Shown piece after piece: positions 52,295-64,000 of a stretch of DNA of 64,000 nt. Where the stretch lies: assembly GCF_011386835.1 (NCBI RefSeq), contig NC_088791.1, positions 351,354,001 through 351,418,000 on the forward strand. Reading direction: 5' to 3'. Numbering within the stretch: the first letter of the stretch is position 1; every line of letters starts with the position of its first letter. This stretch comes from Chrysemys picta bellii. Taxonomy: Eukaryota. The position numbers and the translations under genes are program-made. The notes under the pieces are model-generated. The model ran no database searches. It was not told the origin of the DNA and was given only the letters and a program-made list of their open reading frames with translations.

Positions 52295-55200
52295 AGGTAA
52301 ATTATTGTCGTATAAGTAAAGTTGTCCTTCAATTCCAGAATAGGAAAGCTACCAAGAGGAGCTCGGTCCACAGTCACCCCCACCTATTTGTCTCTGGCAG
52401 AGGTCTCTCAATATCCATTTCTGTGCAGGAAGGACAAATCCCCAAAGGAGACATGCAAATATCACTAGACTCTGTTCCACATGGAGTTTGATCTTCTTCT
52501 TTCCTATAGCTTCGTTAGGTAACAACGACTACAAATGTATATCTAGATTTGATAGCCAGCTTACTGCCCCACCCCCATCTCCTTACCCTGGTGGCAGAGG
52601 GTCCCTCACCAGAGGTTGGTCCTAGCTGGTGTCAGTCTGAGACCTTCTGGACAATCGGTACCAGGACTGGAGAAGACAACAGTGCTTGCCCTTCTCCCAC
52701 ATAGAATAGAGAACTGAGCCCTTGGACCACGGGCGGAGATCATAGCTAGTGATAGAGTGCAGCCCTGCCATGCACAGTGTTCATAGACAATGGTTATGAT
52801 TAGTAGGTGGCCGCCATTACTTATTTGTGGCAAAATGAGAAAAGTTTGCTTGGAGACAGGTTTCTTTTGAAGTTTGTAAATATGCAGGGGGTTGTTGGCC
52901 TTGGAGTATAGAGAGTAGTACAGAGAGGGGAGTTGTTTTGTTATTCAGACACTGAATTACAGCAAGCAAGGGACACCTTGCCTTGTGATCTAGAGGGCCC
53001 CCACTAGCAAGAACAGAGCTGGGATTAAGATGAATCATAAAGAGCAAGCTTTTTCTATTGTGTATGTACACTACTGTATCACTGAGTAAATGATGTGTGT
53101 TTTATGGAGTGGGTCTCCTAGTCTCTTAACCAAAGCCCCTCGGTGCTGAACCCCAGCCTTACCAGCAGGGTAACACCATTGAGTCACAAGTCCTCATCAG
53201 ACTGCTCCTGGCACTGGCCAAAACAGCCATCAATCCATCCGGGAGGTCAACACTCAGCAAGGAATTTCACTGTGACTATAGGGGGTCTGTTTCTGTTTCT
53301 TAGCTGTCTTACACACTTGGGCAGCGATCCTCTAGGAAGACTCACTGACTCCTTGGACTCCTTTTTTGGTGCAGCCGGCATGATCCAGGAGTGTCCCCAT
53401 CCTGCTCCTGAGCTTAAACCTTTCAAACACAAGCCCGTTCCCGTTTGTCCCTGTTTTGTCCCAAATAGTAGATTCCCAGCCCTGGGCAGTTAGCACCCGG
53501 AGGGCTCTACCCACTTCTCTGGGATTTCAAATTGCCCAGACGATCCCCTCATGAGAAGTTTCTGGATGTAGAGGTTTCCAAATTGACACTGCCCAACTTG
53601 ATACAAAAAGCTTCCAAAGATGGGAGGCCAAAGCAGACTGACGTGTGACAAGGCCTGGAAATGTTGCTAATAACAGTCTTCGCAGCAGGTACATTTAAAG
53701 ACTTCAGGGATATGAGTCTGAGAGAGCAATCCACACACAGCGTTCTGCAATCAAACACACAGGCACAAACCGTATCACCAAGGGCTGCTAATCGAGACCA
53801 TGGCCACCAGGATGGGGTCAATGTTCCCTCTAACCTGTGCACCTGCACAACAGTCCATCAAGTGTCACACACTTGATTATTACAGCCACACCAATCCTCA
53901 GCAACATCACTTGTGTTTATCTTGGTAGATTCAGTCAGAGAAAGGGAGAGAGTGAAAGGAAAACCCTCTAATACCCAGTGGCTGCTGTTTGAAATTTGGT
54001 GGCTTAAGCAAGCCCTCGGATACCTTAGATCACCATCTGCTGTTGTGTTGGGTGATAGGGCCTGGAGAGGCCAAATCACTAGCAAAGCAGTATGGAAAAG
54101 GACCAGCCCAGCTGAGTGGTTAGAGGGGTGCAGCAGTTTTCACAGCTCCCAGACTCAACCCCAGGGCCTATAACCCATCAAACTTATACCTTCAGAATCC
54201 AAACTTAGGCCTCCAGCACCTGTGACACACGTCTTGGGGAATGGACTGTATGCAATCCAAAAAATCCAGATTTAGCAGTCATTTGATTCCTTTACCACTG
54301 TGTTCTCACCCCAGCAGGGCATAACAATGTAAAACGCCACAATGAGTGGAGAAGTCCCATTGTACTAGTTCTCACACAGGATAGGAAAACCCCTTTCTGC
54401 ATCGATTTCTGAAAGATCAACACAATATTGAAATGTGATGATTACCTGATGCAGAGAGGAGATGAAATATTAGAACATTTTGAGCTTCCAGATATATAGC
54501 CATTTTAGACGTCACAAAGGGATACTGGCAATACCTTTAATACCAGAATCCTGGGAGAAGAAAGCCTTTCCCACACCCTACAGCTTGCATCAATTAAGAA
54601 TCACTTCATTTGCCCTTCACAGAGTGGCATTGATTTTGCAGAGGCTAATGCTCTGTATATTACATCTGCATGGGAAATATGCCCATGCGGTACACTGCTA
54701 CGATCAATTGAAAATGGGTTTTGGTCCTTTCTCTTGTGCCAGTGTACCCACATGTAGTGCAGCTGGCAGTACTTTACACACAGGGGGAAAAATCATCAAT
54801 TGTTAAGCGGAAAAACAGTGTGCAAGACTCAGTTTGCCTGGACAATCTTGAGCCCCTGGTATCAACAAATAATTTCTTCACTCCCGGGGGAGGCTCTCAA
54901 GCTGTAGTTCTCCAGGGTCTATTTTCTGCTCATCCGCCTTCTCACAGAGCCAAGGGAATTGTCCGGGAATCCTGGCCAATCTGAGAGACTGCAGGGAGTG
55001 TACAGGGGATTCATAAAGGTTGCTGCCCAGCATGGAGAGTGTCAGACATGTGAGATTCATACCTTGATTCTTAGGGCTCTGCCTTCCTGTCGCTGTAAGG
55101 AGATTTCTTCTCTCTTCTGAGTGGGATTTTGGGGGCTGTCACTGTTGGAGAGAGGACGCTGGGCTAGATGGACCATATGTCTGATCCACGATGCAGTTAC

Positions 55201-56175
55201 TATGTTGGAAAGGAGCCAAGTTTCCCTTATAGAAACAGACAATTTCATGCAGGTCTATGACTTTGTACTCAAGAGAATGCACACTAGGGGCACAAGTGTT
55301 GTGGTATTTCAGGCTACAGGATGGCACCTCGGTTACTTCCCTTGCTTCTTTTGGTGAGACACTTTCTTGCGGGCACCCAGCGTTGTCTGAAACATAAATG
55401 ATAGGTGCTACCTGACAGGTGTAAGGAGAGATGTGTCAGAAGCACACATGCTAACCCATCTCTTGATTGAATATCGATGAAGTTTACAGATGACACAAAA
55501 AATTGGGGGATGGTAAATAATGAAGAGGATGGGTCACTGATTCAGAGCAATCTGGATTGATTGGTAAACTGTGTTGAAGCAACCAACATGTGTTCTAATG
55601 TAGTCATTTAAATATCTACATCTGGAAACAAAGAGTGTAGGCAGTGCTCACATGCAAGGGGAGATTGTGGGAAACGCAATGACTCTGAACTAGATTTGGG
55701 GGCTTGAAGGGGTAATTAGCTAAACAAGAGCTCCCAGTGTGACCTTGTGGCCAAAAGAGCCTGAGATGATAACCAGGGAAATCTGAAGGAGAGGTACAGA
55801 TGTTATTTTACCTGTATATTTGGCACTGGTGAAACTGCTGCTGGAATCCTCTGTCCAGTTCTTGTGTCCATGATTAAAGATGGATGTTGATACACTGAAC
55901 GGGGTTCAGAGAACTATCACAAGAGTTAGTAAAAGATTAGAAAACCTGCCGTATACTGATAGACTCAAAGATCTCAATCTGTGTAGTTTAGCAAAGATGG
56001 TGAAGGGGTGAGCTGATAACAGTCTGTAAGTACCTACACAGGGAACCAATATTTAATAATAGGCTTTTAAGGCTAGCACACAGGGGTGTGACAGGATCCA
56101 ATGACTAGAAATTGAAGTTATAGAAATTCTGTCTGGAAATAAGACATACATTTTTATGTGGCCCATCAAGCAAGT

Positions 56176-56365
56176 GGGGGAGGATGACTCAGTGGTTTGA
56201 GTATTGGCCTGCTAAACCCAGAGTAGTAAGTTCAATCCTTGAGGGGGCCACTTAGGGATCTGGGGCAAAATCAGTCCTTGGTCCTGCTAGTGAAGACAGG
56301 GGGCTGGACTAGATGATGTTTCAATGTCCCTTCCAGTTCTAGGAGATAGGATATCTCCATTAATT
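56176..56365 (+). mobile_element. tRNA-derived SINE with CR1-type tail
   Basis: gggaggatgactcagtggtttgag...gttcaatccttgagggggcc head; gggctggactagatga...cccttccagttcta tail. Confidence 0.8.
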
Positions 56366-56387
56366 TATAATTTTATTTTATTTTATT

Positions 56388-59082
56388 TGGTGGGATAATA
56401 CGTATGACTGGAATACTGGTATAAAAAGGAACAGCTTGCTCAGGAAGGACAGACAGGGAAAAAGGTGTTGCTTATATATTAAACATGTATACACTTGGAC
56501 TGAGGTTGAGATGGAAATGGGAGACAGACTTGTTGAAAGTCTCTGGGTAAGGATAAAAGGGGTAATAAACAAGGGTGATGTCATGGAGGGGTTTACTACA
56601 GGCCACCTAACCAGGAAGAAGAGTGGATGAGGCTTTTTTTAAACAACTAACAAAATCATCCAAAGCACAGGACTTGGTGGTGATGGGGGACTTTAACTAC
56701 CCAGACACCTGTTGGAAAAATAACACAGCAGGGCATTGATTATCCAACAAGTTCTTGGAATGTATTGGCGAAAACATATAAATATATTTCATAAGGTGGA
56801 GAAAGCTAGTAGGGGAGAGGCTATTTTAGATTTGATTTTGAAAAATAGGGAGGAATTGGTTGAGAATTTGAAAGTGGAAGGAAGCTTTGGTATAAATGAT
56901 CATGAAATGGTACAGTTCATGACTCTAAGGAATGGTAGGAGGGAGAACAGCAAAATAAAGACAATGGATTTCAAGAAAGCAGACTTCATTAAATTCTGCG
57001 AGTTGGTAGGCAAGATCCCATGGGAAGCAAGGCTAAGGGGAAAAACAATTGAAGACAGTTGGCAGTTTTCCAGAGACATTACTATGGGCACAAAAGCAAA
57101 CTATCCCTCTGCACAGGAAAGATAGGAAGTATGGCAAGAGACCACCCTGGCTTAACCAGGAGATATTCAATGATCTAAAAATCAAAAAAGAGTCCACGAA
57201 AAGTGGAAACTTGGTCAAATTATAAAGGATGAATATGAACAAATAACAAAATTATAGAGGGACAAAATTAGAAAGGCCAGGGCACAAAATGAGATCAAAC
57301 AAGCTAGAAACATAAAGGGTAACAAGAAACCATTCTACAAATACGTTAGAAGCAAGAGGAAGACCAAGGACATGGTAGACCTGTTACTCAATGAGGAGGG
57401 AAAACAATAACAGGAAATGTGGAAATTACAGAGATGCTTACTGACTTCTTTGTTTCGGTTTTCACCAAAAAGGTTGGTGGTGATTGGATGTCTAACATAG
57501 TGAATTCCAGTGGAAAATGAGGTAGGATCAGAGGCTAAAATAGGGAAAGAACAAGTTTAAAATTACTTAGACAAATTAGTTGTTTTCAAGTCACCATGGC
57601 CTAATGAAATGCATCCTAGAATATTCAAACAACTGTCTGAGGAGATTTCTGAGCCATTAGCAATTAACTTTGAAAAGTCATGGAAGACAGGAGAGATTCA
57701 GGAAGACTGGAAAGGGGGCAAATATAATGCCAACCTATAAAAAGGGAAATAAGGGCAACCTGGGGAATTACAGACCAGTCAGCTTAATTTCTGTACCCCG
57801 AAAGTTAATGAACCAAATAATTAAGTAATCCATTTGCAAACATCTGGAAGATAATAAGGTAATAAGTAATAGTCAGCATGGATTTGTCAAGAACAAACCA
57901 TATCAAACCAACTGGATAGTTTCCTTTGACAGGGTAAGAAGCCTTGGGGATGGGGGAAAGTGGTAGACGTGATATATCTTGACTTAAGTAAAGTATTTGA
58001 CACTGTCTCACATGACCGTCTCATAAACAAACTAGGGAAATAAAATCTAGATGGCGCTACTATCAGTTGGGTGCATAACTGGTTGGAAAACTGTTTCCAG
58101 AGAGTAGTTATCAATGGTTCACAGTGATGCTGGAAGGGCCCTGCAGGGATCACTTCTGGGTCCGGTTCTGTTCAATATCTTCATCAGTGATTTAGGTAAT
58201 GACATAGAGAGTACACTTATAAAGTTTGCGGACAATACCAACCTGAGAGGGGTTGCAAATGTTTTGCACGATAGGATTAAAATTCACAATGATCTGGACA
58301 ACCCGGAGAAATGGTCTGAAGTAAATAGAATTAAATTTGATAAGGACAAATGCAAAGTACTCCATTTAGGAAGGAACAATCAGTTGCACACATACAAAAT
58401 GGAAAATGACTGTCTAGGAAGGAGTAATGCAGAAAGGGATCTGGGGGACATAGTGGACCACAAGCTAAATATGAGTCAACAATGTAACACTGCTGCAAAA
58501 AAAAGTGAACATCCTTTTGAGATGTATTAGCAAGAGTGTTGTAAGCAAGACATGAGAAGTAATTCTTCCACTCTACTCCGTGTTGATTAGGCCTCAACTG
58601 GACTATTGTGCTCAGTTCTGGGTGCCACATTTCAGGAAAGATGTGGACAAAGGTCTAGAAAACATTACCTATGAGGGAAGATTGAAAGAACTGGGTTTGT
58701 TTAGTCTGGAAAAGAGATGACTGAGAGGGGACATGAGAACAGTTTTCAAGTACCTCAAAGGTTGTTACAAGGAGGAAGGAGAAAAATTATTCTCCTTACC
58801 CTCTGACGATAGGACAAGGAGCAATGGGTTTAAATTGCAGCAAATTAGGTTTAGGTGGGACATTAGGAAAAACTTGGGAATACAATGGGAGCGGCGATCG
58901 GCCGAACCTGCAGACGTGTCAGGTAAACAAACTGGCCTGGCCCACCAGGGGCTTTACCTGAACAAGTGGCAGCCCTAATTTGAGAACTACTGTTCTAGAT
59001 AGTACTGGTCCTGCCATGAGTACAAGGAACTGGACTTGATGGCCTCTCGAGGTCACTTCTAGTCTTATGATTCTATGATTCT
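56388..59082 (+). mobile_element. Decayed CR1 LINE (endonuclease C-terminus to tail), with a small MITE-like insert at ~58886-58998
   Basis: [29 protein letters not shown]; tail TATGATTCTATGATTCT. Confidence 0.88.
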
Positions 59083-59129
59083 AAGGAATCCTGCAGGACT
59101 GTGAAATTTCAGGACTACTAACTGCCATC

Positions 59130-60702
59130 TGTAACCTATAATTTAAATCGGCTTCTGTACCAAATGACTTGAGGACAGCTCAGGTCATACCAATTTTTAA
59201 AAAGGGCTCCAGAGGTGATCCCAGCAATTACAGTCCAGTAAGCCTGACTTCAGTCATGGGCAAACTTGTTGAAACTAAAGTAAAGAAAAAAATTGTCAGA
59301 CACATAGATGAACATAATTTGTTGGGGAAGAGTCAACATGTTTTTTGTAAAGGGAAATCATGCCTCACCAATCTACTAGAATTCTTTGATGGGGTCAACA
59401 AGCATGTGGACAAGGGGGATCCAGAGGATTTTGCATACTTAGAGTTTCAGAAAGCCTTTGACAAGGTTGCTTACCAAAGGCTCTTAAGCAAAGTAAGCAC
59501 TTATAGGATAAGAGGGAAGGTTCTCTGATGGATTGGTAACTGGTTTAAAGGTAGGAAACAAAGGGTAGGAATAAATGGTCAGTTTTCAGAATGGAAAGAG
59601 GTAAATTGTGGTGTCCACCAGGGGTCTTTATTGGGCCCAGTCCTATTTAACGTATTCATAAATGATCTGGAAAAAGGAGTAAACAGTGAGGTGGGAAAAT
59701 TTGCAGAAGACACAAAACTGTTCAAGTTAGGTAAGCCCCTGGCAGACTGGAAGAGCTACAAAAGGATCTCTCAAAACTGGGTGACTGGGCAGCAAAATGG
59801 CAAATGAAATTCAATGTTGATAAATGCAAAGTAATGCACATTGGAAAACATAATTCCAAGTATACATATAAAATGATGGGATCTAAATTAGCTATTACCA
59901 CTCAAGAAAGAGATCTTGGAGTCATTGTGGACAGTTCTCTGAAAAACATCCACTCAATGTACAGCGGCAGTCAAAAAAGTGAACAAAATTTTGGGAATCA
60001 TTAAGAAAGGGACAGATAATAAGACAGAAAATATCATATTGTCTCTGTATAAATCTCTGGTACTCTCACATCTTGAATACTGCGTGCAGATGTGGTCGCC
60101 CCATCTCAAAAATATATATATTGGAATTGAAATGGTTCAGAAAAAGGCAAGGAAAAATATTAGGGGAATGCAACACACGCTGTATGAGGAGACATTAATA
60201 AGACTGGGACTTTTCAGCTTGGAAGAGAGATGGCTAAGGGGGGATATAATAGAGGTCTTTAAAATCATGACTGGTGTGGAGAAAGTAAATAAGAAGTGTT
60301 ACTTCTTCTCATAACACAAGAACTAGGGGCCAACAAATGAAATTAATAGGCAGTTGGTTTAAAACAAATAAAATGAAGTATTTTTTCACACAACACACTG
60401 TCAACCTGTGAAATTCCTTGCCAGAGGATGTTGTGAAGGGCAAGATTATAACAGGCTTAAAAATAACTAGATAAATCCATGGAGGATAGGTCCCTCAATG
60501 GCTATCAGCCAGGATGGGCAGGGACGTTGTCCCTAGCCTCTGTTTGCCAGAAGCTGGGAATGGGTGACAGGGGATGGATCACTTGATGATTACCTGTTAT
60601 ATTCATTTCCTCTGGGGCACCTGGCATTGGCCACTGTCGGAAAACAGGATACTGGGGTAGATAGACTTTTGGTCTGACCTACTTTGGCCATTTTTATGTT
60701 CC
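59130..60702 (+). mobile_element. Decayed CR1 LINE, second family
   Basis: KSQHVFCKGKSCLTNL, EFQKAFDKV, MKFNVDKCKVMHIG. Confidence 0.88.
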
Positions 60703-60705
60703 TAA

Positions 60706-61052
60706 TACTGAGAGGGGACATGATAACTTTTTTCAAGTACATAAAAGCTTGTTACAAGGAGGAGGGAGAAAAATTATTCTCCCTAACCTCTGAGGATAGG
60801 AGAAGAAGCAATGGGCTTAAATTGCAGCAAGGGAGATTTAGGTTGGACATTAGGAAAAACTACCTAACTGTCAGGGTAGTTAAGCACTGGAATAAATTGC
60901 CTAGGGAGATTGTAGATTCTCCATCATTGGAGATTTTTCAGAGCAGGTTAGAGAAATACCTGTCAGAGATGGTCTAGATAATATATATTTCTGCCATAAG
61001 TGCAGGGAAGTGGACTAGATGACCTCTCAAGGTGCCTTCTAGTTTTATGATT
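60706..61052 (+). mobile_element. Short CR1 3' end
   Basis: LRGDMITFFKYIK...RFRLDIRKNYLTVRVVKHWNKLPRE plus tail. Confidence 0.85.
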
Positions 61053-62889
61053 TCATAATAGTACACATGATATTTTGGCTCAATAAAGCACAGACATCTC
61101 CAGGTCTGTCAGTCTGGCACCTTTCACAAGAACTAACTTCTCTTTGAGAAAAAAAAATCAGGGTCAAATCCTGACTGAAAGTAAGTCAGTCCCAGTCCCC
61201 TGACACATGCAGTTACACCATTTACACCAGCTCTGAGATGGACGATTGCTGAATATTCCAAAAAAATTTCTGAATTGGGTTACCCCTTAATCCTGGAAGC
61301 TGCACCAGTGAAAAACTGAGTCAGTGCAGAAATGCTTCAAATCGTTTAACTTTTAAGTATTTTCCATTTGTGCTGGTAGAGCTAAAACATGCAACAGTGC
61401 GATCCATGGTGATTCCCAGTTGATTAACTGATCCTCAAGAGCTTTTACCAGGTGTTCTATAAATACTTCCACACTGCATGTCTGACAGAAAGAGGGAATG
61501 TTTCTGCGCAGAGGATTGAAGCTCTGCTTCCGCAGGAGTAGACAATGAACACTCTTCCAGCTTCTGTTTTAGTGGCTTGGTAAGTGCGCTGTTCATATTG
61601 CATCGATTTCACTTCTATTAATAGCAGTCTCAACTGCTTGAAACGTTTAATCTGTAACCAATGAGAACTGCACATTTTTATTATCAGCATCATTATTCGT
61701 TATTTTATTCAGGACCCAAACCCCTAGGAAAACAGGTCCCTGCCTTCTGGCACCTGCAATCTAAGGTTGCAAACAGTGGTGCAAACATTACCCGTGTAGG
61801 GTGGAATTTTCAGGAGGGAGGAACCCAAATCCCAGTGAAAGTGAGCTTGTGTTTTTAACTCCGTGTGGCACTTTTCCGTGAGTGCCATTGGCTTGCGTGC
61901 AGCTGTGTATGGTGACAAGGAACCTAGGAATGGCCATACCACATCCAACAGTGGTCTAGCTAAACTCATAACCTGACTGACAGTGACTAGCACCAGACAC
62001 TTAACAAGAAGGGGTGCATGTAACCCCGGATTGGCAAATACTGAATAATCTGACCATAGTTTCTGTGCTGTAACCTCTGAAAGAGAAACATACACTCCCT
62101 GTGCTTCCTACAGCTTCCAGAGGCATGGTGCTTGCTTGGCATATAACACCTCCCGGAGTATCTGCTGTGATACCCTAAGTGGGATAATCAAGCTCTTTAT
62201 CTTTGTTCCAACAGAACTTAATCTCAATGAGAGTTTTGCCTGGGTAAGGGCTAGTTTGGCCAGTTGATGACTCTAGGAGTAGGCACACACCTGAGGATAG
62301 GGTTTTTTTTCACAGTAAACTGGTGCATATGGCAAAATTCCAGGTTGAGGAATGTAAGTGGTACATAAGCCATGTGTTGGCTTTCTGCACGGAGTGGATT
62401 TCACCAAGTGTGAGCAAAGGAGGCATCTTGAATGAAGACAGCACATTGCCGACATTTGCAGTTTTCAGTGGCTTCCTCCCCCTCCAACAATAACATCATG
62501 TACAACAGAAGCTGAAGGCTGGTGTTTATAGCTAAAACACAGCAGAGCTGGGGTTTGTTCCCTGTTCTGCCACAGCCTCCCTTGGGTCACTCTCAGTCAT
62601 AACTGAGTAGTTTGTACAAATGCTTCTCAGCCCATGCACCATTCACAATCCACATCATTGTTTTCCTCTCAGAAGATTTTAAAATAGCTAAACCATTTAC
62701 TTTTTTAAGATGGATCCAAGCTAAAGAGTTGAGATCGGGATCCAGACTGAAACCTTGTTCCAGAGTGCAGGGGTATTCTGATCCAGTGTTTTGGTTCAGG
62801 TCGGCTCTACTTTTCTTATGTTCCATTTTACAATTTGAGTTCATACAACTTTTCATATTCTAAATTCCATCTAGTGAAGGGGCATTCAG

Positions 62890-63010
62890 CTGAGAGCCTG
62901 GAGACCTGAGTTCTGTCACTGATCTCCTGCATGGCCTTGCACAAGTTGCTTACCTGTTCTACGCTTTAGTTTCCCCCTCAGTTAAATGAGGATCTATTTC
63001 ATCCTCCCCA
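62890..63010 (+). mobile_element. Ancient CORE-type SINE (MIR-like) fragment
   Basis: gagacctgagttct...ggccttgcacaagttgctta...agtttcccc resembles the CORE-SINE core. Confidence 0.45.
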
Positions 63011-63322
63011 TGAGTGTCAATGGGCTTTGAATCAGACCCATGGACACTTGGGATCTTTCATAAAGAACTTTGAGATTTATGAATGCAAAGCTCTATGCAA
63101 GCACAGGATATTATTAGTAATGGAGTTTTATAACTGATCGGGGGATCTGTGAGTACCACAAGGGTTTTTAATCAAGGTACTGACTCCAAACTGTCTGTAG
63201 ACCAGTGGCAGGAAGAGCCATATTTTCTGTCATGGTCTCACGTATTTTTAATAATGTTGTTTTTAATTGTAGGGAAAGTGGTATGGTAAACTGACCAGAA
63301 CCACCCTCCACCCCTGCACATC

Positions 63323-64000
63323 ATGCCAACCTGCAATGAAACCAACATCAGTCCTGCAATGTTCCTCCTGGCAGGAATTCCAGGGCTGAAAGCTGATGGC
63401 CCCTGGATCTCCATCCCTTTCTGTTCCATGTACCTCATTGCAATGTTAGGAAATAGTCTGATTCTGTTTGTGATAAAGACACAGCAGAAGCTCCATGAGC
63501 CCATGTACTTGTTCCTTTCCATGTTGTCTGTCACTGACCTTGGCTTATCTGTTTCCACCTTGCCAACAATGCTCAGCGTCTTTGTGTTTAACACCAGAGA
63601 AATTGGCATTGATGTCTGCCTGGCCCAACTTTTCTTTATTCACACTTTTTCTGTTATGGAATCCTCTGTACTATTAGCCATGGCATTTGACCGCTTTGTT
63701 GCAATACGCCACCCGCTGAGATATGCTTCGACTTTAACCAGTGGTAGGATAGGAAACATAGGGCTGGCGATAATAATTAGGGGTAGTGGTCTGCATATCC
63801 CAGCTGTCATTCTTCTCAAGAGGTTGCCCTACAGCAAGAACCAACCTCTCTCTTATTCATATTGTTTGCATCCAGATGTGATGAAGATGGCCTGTGCAGA
63901 TACTACGCCCAGCAGCTTCTATGGTTTGTTTATTGTCCTTTCTTCTCTCGGATTAGACTCAGTGCTCATAGTTTTGTCTTACATCATGATCTTTAAGACT
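63323..64000 (+). CDS. Class I olfactory receptor, OR51-like, partial (runs off the window)
   Basis: Manual translation: MPTCNETNISPAMFLLAGIPGL...LHEPMYLFLSMLSVTDLGLS..TLPTML...MESSVLLAMAFDRFVAIRHPLRY...LSYSYCLHPDVMKMACAD. 226 codons, no stop. YCLHPDVMK is typical of OR51. Confidence 0.93.
   Translation, partial: MPTCNETNISPAMFLLAGIPGLKADGPWISIPFCSMYLIAMLGNSLILFVIKTQQKLHEPMYLFLSMLSVTDLGLSVSTLPTMLSVFVFNTREIGIDVCLAQLFFIHTFSVMESSVLLAMAFDRFVAIRHPLRYASTLTSGRIGNIGLAIIIRGSGLHIPAVILLKRLPYSKNQPLSYSYCLHPDVMKMACADTTPSSFYGLFIVLSSLGLDSVLIVLSYIMIFKT

Larger units (their letters stand above)
37015..55131 (-). repeat. Inverted segmental-duplication block
   Basis: Every module in this interval is the reverse complement of modules in 1-31000; orientation reverts at ~55131. 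Confidence 0.8.

Noticed and set aside
1-64000. CRISPR arrays, operons or prokaryotic defence systems
   Set aside because: No regularly spaced repeat-spacer array was seen; the content is vertebrate TE and OR sequence throughout.

Overview
Vertebrate genomic DNA, almost certainly turtle: it carries tRNA-headed SINEs with CR1 tails, turtle-type CR1 families and Penelope-like elements. The window is part of a class I olfactory receptor cluster. There are three intact OR52-like genes (10739-11677 -, 26208-27146 -, 47853-48809 +) and a 3'-truncated OR51-like gene starting at 63323 that the ORF track missed. The OR52 genes lie in copies of a 10-20 kb segmental duplication unit (OR + hAT remnant + DIRS remnant + Gypsy remnant + unique spacer), and the block ~37015-55131 is inverted. 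Each copy has gained its own insertions: solo LTRs, MITEs, CR1s, SINEs and Penelope-like elements (PLEs). Most other ORFs in the track are decayed TE fragments or artefacts. The most notable signals are: (1) 90-200 bp PLE-tail mini-elements with target-site duplications (TSDs) that carry minimal hammerhead ribozyme motifs; (2) a candidate shared OR promoter/5' non-coding exon module (O/E site + GTGAGT donor + acceptor 44 nt before each ATG); (3) loss of the class I carboxylate-binding Arg in one intact paralog. There are no prokaryotic features. All calls are by eye without database searches, and TE boundaries without a TSD are approximate.
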